Positions 53,746-64,000 of a stretch of DNA of 64,000 bases are shown here, in pieces (position 1 is the first letter of the stretch; each line of letters begins with the position of its first letter). A program made the position numbers and the translations under genes. The notes under the pieces were generated by a model, which was not told the origin of the DNA, did no database searches, and saw only the letters and a program-made list of their open reading frames with translations. This DNA comes from the human T2T-CHM13v2.0 reference genome, Homo sapiens, in assembly GCF_009914755.1 (NCBI RefSeq), contig NC_060942.1, one strand, 5' to 3'.

Positions 53746-55264
53746 TTAACTTTTAGTTGTCTTATGGAGTTTCAAGGAAAGTGTCATCTTGGTTTAATGT
53801 GTGCTAGAAAGTGTTATGCCTTTGTGCAGCATAACGGTTTTCAATACAAATTGCTTCATACACTTATGTCCACCTACAGGCTCCACAGCCTTTACAAACT
53901 AAGTATCAAATAAGTCTCACTTCTGGCCCTGCTCTTACTTTAGTATTTGGTCTTTATGTTTGGACAATTATATCCTTTGGTACAGTTCCATAAATTCTAC
54001 TTGCTTGGACCTGCCTGAGATGCAGCTTGATCTTTCTGAACCTTCCTTTGGGAATTAGGTTTTTACCTCTGAACTCCCTTTGTTGTGGGTGACATCCCTA
54101 CCAGCTATTGCCAACATTTCTTATGTAAAGCTGATCGCCTACTTTGACGTTTATCTAATACCTAATGCCATAGGACTCATGACTAAGTCCCCCTGACATA
54201 TTCCCAAAAGGTCTGATTCAACGAATTAATCTATTCTTCAGGTATGTTATCCTTCTCATGATTGCATGAGCCAAAATATTTATGCATCATTCCTTTTATA
54301 ACAGAAAAGTTAACTGTCAGTAGGGAAATTCTACACCCATAACAGTTCAATTTGTTGGTTGATGAATAAACCTCCTTTGCTCTCCCATTTTTCTTTCTTC
54401 TCTTTGCATTCACATCTATCTCAGTTCTTTGCTAAGTTAAAATGATCAGTAGTGGTATTGTTTTGTAACTTGTCTGTGCTCCTGTAGCATATGTGACATT
54501 CTTATTTATCCTCTCAAGAGTTTTGCCTAAATGAATAAATCATTGGCAGCAACATTTCTTTTTTTTCCTTTTTTATTGCCTAATATATATGAAGCTCACT
54601 CATGTACTGTTCATTATTATGCCTTCTGTATTAGCAACAATGATACGGATAACTGACTCAAGAGTATCTGTTCATTTTATGCTTCATTTAGTAGGTAATA
54701 GACGTGTTGGTAGATTTGTGCTGTTGAAAAAATCCTCTCATGGTTTCTGAGTTGCTGCTGTATAACAAAATATCATGGCAAATGCCTGATTGAAACAATA
54801 ATTGAATTTTCGCACAGTAACTTTCCTTGGGAAATAAATAAGTTAGAAAGCAAACATTCACAACTATTTTTTAATGTTGAAGACAGACATTTAAACTAAT
54901 ATTTGGATGCTGAAAAGCAATTAAAGGCGATAGCAGAATTGTGGATTCTGCATGGTGGATAACTAACACATATGTGATTTGATTAAATTGCAGATTTTTT
55001 TAGGGTGATACCTTACTGGAAAACATTTCCAAAAACATTTTTTCATTTCATAGACTCATTGAACAAAATATAGACTCTTAAATGTCTAGAAACTTTCATA
55101 TGTAAAATTAAAACTCCAAACTAACTCATCTCTATCATTTTGAGCAGGTACTCATGTTGATAGTACATATTGCCACATGGAAAAATGTGTCTAACTTATC
55201 TTATGCCACTAGTAAGAAATTAAAAGTTTTTAGGGGAACCAGATAAAGATACTTTTTAGTTGTA

Positions 55265-55342
55265 AACATGTAATACATTATATATAAATATGTAATGTTA
55301 CATAATATATTTCATACAAATATATAATGTTATATATTACAT
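55265..55342. repeat. AT-rich degenerate tandem repeat
   Basis: CATACAAATATATA repeated, with TAATGTTA units. Confidence 0.7.
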
Positions 55343-55499
55343 ACAAATATATATAATATATGAGAAAACTATAGAAGTTTTTTAAAAACATGGAAAATTC
55401 TTGTTATATTTCTTTTCTCATGTTCCAAAAATAATGCAAGGCCTCATGTTAACATTTTTTTATTGTTATTTTTGTGTTTTTAGGTATTGAGGTTATTAC

Positions 55500-55850
55500 T
55501 GCATTAATCAGGACAGGCTAGTTTATCCTACAAAAACAAACAGTGCCAAACTCTCAGTAGCTTAACACAAAAATGTGCACTATTTTTCCTTTCAGACTCG
55601 CAGAGAAATAAGCTATGAATTTCTGTCTTGATGTGTGTTTTCATATCTATGATGGTAAGAAGTGTGTATATGATGAAAGAGTGATCATTCTTAATGACCT
55701 CTAAATGAGATACTTGTTATGTCTGCTCATACTATTTAGTCAAAGTCAGTCATGACCTTATCTAATTTGAAGGATGTAGGACAATGAAATTCAACTATGT
55801 GTCTGAAAACTGGAAAGTTGAAATATTTGTGAAAAGCCCAATGCTACTAA
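55500..55850 (-). mobile_element. MLT1K-like LTR
   Basis: TGCATTAATCAGGACAGGCTAG..CTCTCAGTAGCTTAACACAA; GTCAAAGTCAGTCATGACC. Confidence 0.65.
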
Positions 55851-56109
55851 CTTGGGATAAGTTAAAAAGAAACAAATGAACATACACTAGTTTTCTCAAT
55901 TCTCAATTCTCATGCCTTCTTCAGTGAAAAAGAAAATCAAAATGAAGGAATACAGCAGCTGCTACTGGCAAGGCCTCTCTCCATGGCCAAGTGCCCCTGG
56001 AACCAAGTGGTATCACAGATTTCAGAACAGAGTCTTTACACGTAATGCACTTGTGTTTACATGACTGCATAGTTGCTGAGAAGACAAAGTCATATCCAAG
56101 CTCTCAGGT

Positions 56110-56505
56110 TTTCATAGACATTTACAGAACATTCCAACCTGAAACAACAGCATAGACATTTTTCTCATCTACATATGGCACACACTCTAAGATAGACCAC
56201 ATGTTTGGCCATAAAGCAAGTGTCAACACATTCGAAAAATCAAAATCATACCAACCACACTCTCAGTCTACAGCATAATAAACATAGAAATTAACACCAA
56301 GAAGATCTATTAAAACCATACAATTTTATGGAAGTTAAATAACCTGCTCCTAAATGACTTTAGGAAAAAAAATAAATTTGATATCAAAATATTCTTTGAA
56401 ACTAGTGAAAACAGAGAAGTAGCATATCAGAATCTTCAATGCCCAGACAGCAGTCTTCAGAGGAAAGCATATAGTGCTACATGCTTACAACAAGAAGTTA
56501 GAAAG
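56110..56505 (+). mobile_element. L1PA/L1PB-type ORF2 endonuclease fragment
   Basis: CTCTAAGATAGACCACATG (SKIDH motif); ATACCAACCACACTCTC; homologous to 43700-44100. Confidence 0.85.
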
Positions 56506-56547
56506 GAAGGTGGCGCAAGACAGCAGAAAAGAAGGCTCCACCAATCA

Positions 56548-56790
56548 GAGGCGGTGGATCACCCGAGGTCAAGAGTTTGTGACCAGCTTGGCCAACATGA
56601 TGAAACCCTGTCTCTACTAACAGATAGAAAAAATTAGCCAGGCATGGTGGTGGGAATCTGTAATTCCAGCTATTTGGAGGCTGAGGCAGGAGAATTGCTT
56701 GAACCCGCTAGGCAGAGGTTGCAGTGAGCCAAGATCACGCCACTGCACTCCAACTTGGGTGACAGAGTGAGACTGCATCTAAAAAAAAAA
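56548..56790 (+). mobile_element. AluS lacking its first ~45-50 bp
   Basis: Starts at GAGGCGGTGGATCACCCGAGGTC; A10 tail at 56781-56790. Confidence 0.92.
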
Positions 56791-59720
56791 GAATAACTTA
56801 AAAGAAATGATCTAACATTCCACCTTTAAAAACTAGAAAAATAAGAGCAAGCCAAACCCAAAATTAGAAGAAAATAAATAAAAAAAGAGAAGAAATAAAT
56901 GTAATTGAAATAAAAAATAACAAATAATGAAATAAAAAGCTGTTTTTTAAAAAAGTTAAAAAATTGACAAATCTTTGGCTTAAATAACGAAGTGAAAAAG
57001 AGAAAAATCCAAATAAAATAAGAAATGAGAAAGGAGACATTACAACTGATACTGCAGAAATTCAAAGGATTATCAGTGGCTACTGTGAGCAACTACATGC
57101 CAATAAATTGGAAAATCTAGAGGAAATGGACAGATTCCTAGATACATAAAATCTACCAAGACTGAACCAGGAAGAAATCCAAAACCTGAACAGACCAATA
57201 ACAAGTAATGAGGTTGAAGCTGTAATAAAAACTCTCAGGACCTGACGGCTGGACTGCTGAATTTTACCAAACAGTTAAAGAAGAGTTAATACCAATCCTA
57301 CTCAAACTATTCCAAAAAATAGAAGAGGAAGAAATACCTTCAAACTCATTCTATAAGGCTGTTATTACTCTGATACCAAAACCAGACAAAGAAACATAAA
57401 AAAAAAAGGAAAGAAAACTACAGGGCAGTATCTCTGATGAATATTTATGCAAAAATCCTCAACAAACTACTAACAAACCAATTTCAACAATACATTAGAA
57501 AGATCATTCATCATGACCAAGTATAATTTATCCCTGTGATGCAAGGAAAGTTCAACATATGCAAATCAATCAATTTGATACATCATATCAATAAAATGAA
57601 GGATAAAACCAATATGATCATTTGAATTGATGCTGAAAAGCATCTAATAAAATTCAACATCTCTTTATCATAAAAACCTTCAAAAAAACTGGGAAAAGAT
57701 GAAACATAACTCAACATTATAAAAGCCACGTATGACAGAACCACAGTTAGTGTCATATTGAAAAGGTGAAAACAGAAAGCCTTTTCTCTTAGATGTGGAA
57801 TACAACAAGAATGCCCACTACCATCACTGTTCTTCAACATCATACTGGAAGTCCTAGCTAGAGCACTTAGAAAAGAGAAACATATAAAGGGCATCCAAAT
57901 TGGAAATGGAAAAGTGAAATTATCCTTGTTTGCAGATGATATAATTTTATATTTGGAAAAACCTAAAGACTCCACTGGAAAACGATTAGAACTGATAAGG
58001 AAATGAAGTAAAGTTGCAGAATACAAAATCGAAATACAAAAATCAGTAGTATTTCTATATGCCAACATAAATGCTGTGAAAAAGAAATAAAAAAGTAATC
58101 CCATTGAAAATAGCCACACAAAATTAAGTACCTAGAAATTAACTTAACCAAAGAAGTGACAGATTTCTATAATGAAAACCATAAAACACTGATGAAAATA
58201 ATTGAAAGGACAACAAACATGGAAAAATATTCCATGCTTATGGATTGGGAAAATCAATATTGTTAAAATGTTCATACTACACAAAGCAATCTACACATTC
58301 CATGCAATTCCTATCAAGATACTAATGACATTCTTCACAAAAATAGAGAAAAAAATCCTAAAATTTTTATGGAACCACAAAAGACCCAGAATCGCCAAAA
58401 TTATCCTAGGTGAAAAGACCGAAACTGGAGGAATTATATTGAGTGACTTCAAATTATACTTTAGATGTATAATAACCAAAACAGCATGGCACTGGCATAA
58501 AAAAAGGCACATAGACCAATGGAACAGAATAGAAAACATAGAAGCAAATACATACACCTGCAGTGAACTAATTTTTGACAGATGCTAAGAAGATACACCA
58601 AGGAAAAAAGAAGTCTCTTTAATTAATGGAACTTATAAGTTAACTGGATATTCACATGCAGAAAAATGAAAGTAACCCCAATCTATCACCATATACAAAA
58701 ATAAAATCAAAATGGATTAAAGACTTAAATCTATGACTTAAAACTATGAAACTGCTACAATAAATCATTGGAAAAATATTCAGGACATTGGTCTGGGCAG
58801 AGATTTCTTGAGCAATACGCCACAAGCACAGGCAACCAGAGCAAAAATGAACAAATGAGATAATATCAAGTTAAAAAGCTTCTGCACAGCAAAGGATACA
58901 ATCAACAAAGTGAAGATACAACCTACAGAATGGGAGCAAATATTTGCAAACTACTCACCTGACAAGGGATTAATAATCAGGATAAATAAGGAGCTCAAAC
59001 AACTCTATAGGAAAAAGTCTAATAATCTGATTTTTAAAATGGGCAACAGGTTTGAATAGACATTTCTCAAAAGAAGATATACAAATGGCAAAAGGGCATA
59101 TAAAATGGTGCTTAACGTCATTGATCATCAGATAAATGTAAAAACTACAGTGAGATATTATCTCAACCCAGTTAAAATGGCTTATATTCAAAATATGGGC
59201 AATAACAAATGCTGGTGAGGATGTGAAGAAAAGGGAACCCTTGTATACTGTTGATGGGAATGTAAATTAGATACAACCACATGGAGAACAGTTTGGAGTG
59301 TCCTCAAAACCTAAGAATTGAACTACTATATGATCCAGCTATCCCATTCCTGGATATATACCCAAAAGAAAGGAAATCAGTATATCAAAGAGCTATCTGA
59401 CTCCTGTGTTTGTTGCAGCAGTGTTTACAATATCTAGAAGTTGGAAGCTACCTAAGGGTCCATCGACAGATGATTGGATAAAGAAAACGTGGTACATATA
59501 CACAATGGAGTACCATTCAGCCATATAAAAGAATGGATCCAGTCATTTTCAACAACATGGATGGAACTAGAAGTCACTATGTTAAGTGAAATAAGCCAGG
59601 CACAGAAAGACAAGCATCACATGTCCTCACTTATTTGTGGGATCTAAAAATCAAAGCAATTGAACTCACGGAAGTAAAAAGTACAAACATGGTACCAGAT
59701 ACTGTGAAGTGTAATGGGGG
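56791..59720 (+). mobile_element. L1MA2/3-like ORF2 (including RT) and partial 3' UTR; pseudogenised
   Basis: TTTGCAGATGAT (FADD) at 57929-57940; ORF 58202-58588 is ORF2-like ([17 protein letters not shown]); 3' UTR GGGATCTAAAAATCAAAGCAATTGAACTCA. Confidence 0.93.
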
Positions 59721-60083
59721 CCTGGGATTAAGATTAACATTTCATTTCAGTGTTGCATTGAACATACTCATCCACCTGTCTATTGAGTGTTAACTCAATA
59801 AAAATTCTTAAAATTCTTAAGTCCAAAATATGGTCTCAGGTCCCAATACGAAAAAGTAGACATATCCATTTATCTCCACTGTCTCTGAAAAATGCAGGCC
59901 TCTATCTTTAGGCTGTCTCACTTTAGGTAGAACATTTTAGTAAACTGTGGTTTTTTAACTCCTTTTCGCCCCAGTATTTTAGCCCAAGCTCCTTAGGATG
60001 TGAGTTCATTCAGTTATTTTGTCCTCTAGAGGCAAAGTACTTTTAAGAAAGAAGTCTTTGGGCCATAATTGAAAATTTCCTAC

Positions 60084-60392
<309 letters not shown>

Positions 60393-60809
60393 TGAAATTT
60401 TCTTGATTTATTTTGTGACATACCCTCCTTATATTGTTTCCCTATTTATGGAAGCTGACTGCTTTATTCAGCAATTAGACACTAAAACATCTTAAATATT
60501 TTAATTATCTGAATTTAAATAATTTAAAGTTTAAAATGCTCCTTTGCCTATTAAGTGCAAATATCTGAAAAATGAGTGCTCAACATTCTGATTTTAGCTT
60601 TTTAAAATCAAATGATTGAGATGAATTAAATCATAAGCCTATTATTTTCATCCGTTTTATGAAAATTTAAAATAATAGTACCATTTTAATTTTACCTAAT
60701 AAAGATAATCAAATGCAGGAATGCTTTATCAGAAATAGCATGAGTTTTATACTTTTAAACAATTAGATTTAAATTCCCAATTGACAATGCATACTCTTTT
60801 GAATAAATT

Positions 60810-60986
60810 TACTTTCTGTGATCTGAAACAAATTATGTAGCCTTTCTGAATCTCTATTTTCTCATACGAATAATAAAATCATATTTTTTTAACACATAAG
60901 AGTGGTCAGTGAGAGCACTAAATGAGATTTTACATAGAAAAACAAACACTGTTGGAAACATAGTAGATGGTCAATAAATGTTTCTT
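60810..60986 (+). mobile_element. MIR
   Basis: CTTTCTGAATCTCTATTTTCTCAT; GAGAGCACTAAATGAGAT; ACATAGTAGATGGTCAATAAATG. Confidence 0.65.
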
Positions 60987-61999
60987 TTATTTTCAACATT
61001 GCATTTCTGACAGTAAAAAATATATTGATAGTATAAATGAAGACAATTTGAGTTTGCTGCACTAAAGAACGTAAAGCAACACACTTGTTCACATCCCATG
61101 TCCCTCTCAGCAAATAAACTCATTCCTTAACAAAAACGTATAATACACAAGAGGTAAATTTAAATAGACAGTACATTATGCCACTCCAATTACCAAAGGG
61201 ATTGAGAAGCCTGCTAGAGGGTTTGTGCTCTCTAAATATAAAATGGTTATTGTTTTCTATAACTATGTATTCTTTAGTTTATCAGTTCCAAAAAAGTAGG
61301 GCTAAGAAAAATTAATTTCTCTGAGTTATTCTTTCATGATTTTCCTGAATCCAGAAGGCAAGAAACAGCAGCTGCAGTATTCATTAGTGCTTTAGGCAGA
61401 GTTGGTATTATGTGAAGTTGGAAGAGCAATGAGTGGAAGTAAATCCAGTTTTCCTAGTGGGGCTTATGGTAACTGAAATAGAAATCAGCTCAATTCCAGA
61501 TAGGACATGCTAATGAATCTGATTTCTAAAGCTCATGCTGATAATAAATCATTATTTTATAGAGATCATTTCAATTTACCTATTGTTTTCTTATTTTTAC
61601 CCCCATTTAGTTAAAACAGCCAAGGACTCAAGAAACAACGATTTTCATAATTAACCAGATAATTTAAGCTAGTATTCCTGTTTTGTAATTAGGTAGACAC
61701 TCATCATAATTTTCTTGATGCTTTTACCTAATACCTGAATATACTTAAGCTTACAAATTAGCAGCTTTCAAGGTGCTTAGCATATTTTTCATGTAACATT
61801 TGATATTTTTAAAGCATTTCTAATAAAAAACTTTGAAAACTGTCTTTGAAATGTTAGCACAAGTATTATGTATCCATTTAACATAAGACAAAGTTGAAAT
61901 TCATTATTTATGTAACTTACCTAAAAATTCCTACCCAGAAATTTATTGACCTAGATTTTAAAACCACATTCCTACTCCAGTATTATATTCATTGAAAAA

Positions 62000-62900
62000 T
62001 ATGTTATATAGTGTATTCTTACAATAAATTAAGCTACAGAAAATAAAATGTTATCAAGAAAATCAAAAGGAAGAAAAAATACATTTACCGTACTGCATTT
62101 ATTGATACTGTACATTTATATCCTCTGTTTACAAGAAGATTCGTCTGTCTGAAATGGCAAGCAATTACAGCTACACATCTCAATCTATGGTACATATTAA
62201 GCAATTCTACTTTTTTTGTAATGTCATGACTTTTCTCTGCTTCTTGGGAGCACTTTCAGCACCAATAGTGTTTTGTATGGGTCCCAAGATGTTATTCAAG
62301 GTTTATGGTATTGCACTAAACACGGTGAAAAATACACAAGAAGCTCGAGAGAGCACTTTTTACTGTGATGTGCAATTTACTGGAGAGACAAGTGCTCACA
62401 CGGAGGTGATCAGCATGAAAGGCGTTTTAAGTAGATACTCACACTTGAGCTCACCACAATAGCAGCAGGAGATGGCTACAAAATTATTTTAGTAGTACTG
62501 TGTTTACTGCAGTTAATTTCATGCAGTTATAATTAATGCTGCGTCTTTACATTTATTTACCTTTCTCTTGACTGTTAACGTACAGTCAAGGCTGTACATA
62601 ACTTGGCTGTTATGTACAGCCTGTGTGTGCATACATTTTGATAAATTTTAACTATTTACAATAGATTTGTTTATAGTTTTTGGCAATAAATTCAATAATA
62701 GACTTTATCTACATATATTTTATGCATTCATGACATATCTAAATTTTTCATAATTTTCTCAATATTTCTTGGCCACATAGTTTATCTGTAAGTTTTTCAA
62801 ATTATTCTAAATTCCCAAAAAATATTCCAATTCGTTTATTGAAAAAAATCGTATGATTGTGTCCACACAGTTCCAACCTGTGTTATTAAAGGCTACACTG
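62000..62900 (-). mobile_element. Tigger2-family DNA transposon (Tigger2b_Pri-like), one TIR visible
   Basis: Ends CAGTTCCAACCTGTGTTATTAAAGGCTACACTG followed by TA (degenerate Tigger2 TIR); CTTACAATAAATTAAGCTA.AGAAAA; GGGAGCACTTTCAGCA. Confidence 0.85.
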
Positions 62901-63404
62901 TATACTTTTGGGGAGAAAAAATAAGTCACCGAAAAATACATTGGAATAACTTGGTTCTTTTGCCTTTGTTTTTCAATCATTTAATCTCCTATCTTTGTAT
63001 GCAGGAGAACATAAGACAAAACAGGAAAACAGAAACTAGCGAATGTTAAAATTTGAAAATACTATGAAGCAGAACTATGTAGCAGATCTTTATCAAGCAC
63101 CTATGATATATGAGGTACTATACTAAATGCTGGTGAATCAGTTAAAGCCAGTCAGAAACCAAGCTCTATGTAACAATATCTAGAAAAAAATAATAGACTA
63201 TGTTTACTGGCTCAAGACCAAGAAGAGAGAATGACACATGACATGTTACAGGTTTCTCTTTGACTGGAATCCAAGTGCCACAATTTTGTAGAACATATTC
63301 TTTAGCCATAAACAGTTGCCATTGTTTAGACAACATTGGTTTAAACAAACATATACAGTTGTCTTTCTCCTCAAAAGTCTGACAGTTTATTCTGTTTTTT
63401 AAAA

Positions 63405-63867
63405 AAATTTTTTTATTTCCATAGGTTATTGGAGAACAGGTGGTGTTTGGTTACATTAGTAAATTCTTTAGTGGTGACTTGTGAGCTTTTGGTGCAGCCA
63501 TCGCCCGAGCAGTACACACTGCACTCAATTCGCAGTCTTTTGTCCCTCGCCCCCTTCCCACCCTTTTCTCCTGAGTCCCCATAGTCCATTGTGTCATTCT
63601 TTTGCCTTTACTTCCTCACAGCTTAGCTTCCACTTATGAGTGAGAACATACGGTGTTTGGTTTTCCATTCCTGAGTTACTTCACTTAGAATAATAGCCTC
63701 CAATCTCATCCAGGTTGCTGCAAATGCCATTAATTCATTCCTTTCTATGGCTGAGTAGTATTCCATTGTATACACATACCACAGTTTATTTATCCACTGG
63801 TTGATTGATGGGCATTTGTGTCGGGTCCACATTTTTGCAATTGTGAATTGTGCTGCTATAAACATGT
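63405..63867 (-). mobile_element. L1PB1-like 3' end
   Basis: Antisense counterpart of 28080-28550 (CTTTAGTGGTGA, TTCCATTCCTGAGTTACTTCACTTAGAATAAT). Confidence 0.92.
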
Positions 63868-64000
63868 ATAAAATGTTAATTATGAATATCCAAAAACAGT
63901 GTACCTGATTTCTCAAACTCAGTTTTCTTTGAAATTCTTTCAGAAGAATGGTGTCCTATGAAACAAATTTTGGTTGAGCCTTATCTGTAACATTTCTTTT

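Noticed and set aside
57583-58588. 178-aa minus-strand and 128-aa plus-strand ORFs
   Set aside because: Antisense and sense fragments of a disrupted L1 ORF2; no intact ORF2
62154-62462. 102-aa ORF as a possible transposase
   Set aside because: Lies in a non-autonomous Tigger2 derivative on the strand opposite to the consensus; no DDE or HTH motif recognised

Overview
AT-rich, CpG-poor primate (human-like) genomic DNA with no recognisable protein-coding exon, RNA gene or CpG island, consistent with a gene desert or deep intron. The window is a dense fossil record of transposable elements. LINE-1 fragments span many ages (L1ME/MD/MC, L1MA, L1PB, L1PA15/16-like, plus one tiny L1PA2/L1HS-type tip). 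There are 11 Alu/FRAM copies, many with readable TSDs. LTR elements include ERV1 LTRs (MER50-, MER4A-, LTR8-, LTR10-, MER57-, MER83-, MER31-, MER67-like), ERVL/MaLR LTRs (MLT2, MLT1, THE1/MST, MER21) and a near-complete old MLT1 provirus. L2, MIR, a Tigger2-type DNA transposon and many microsatellites complete the picture. The ORF track is repeat-derived or spurious. I found no evidence of a new gene system. The real points of interest are micro-evolutionary structures: a twin-primed inverted L1, an Alu 3'-end tandem duplication, an Alu dimer with one shared TSD, an L1 lacking its RT core, a chimeric L1/Alu junction, deletion-fused LTR clusters and several template-switch-like palindromes. Subfamily names come from recall of consensus sequences and need RepeatMasker/Dfam confirmation. 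Boundaries of old repeats are approximate.
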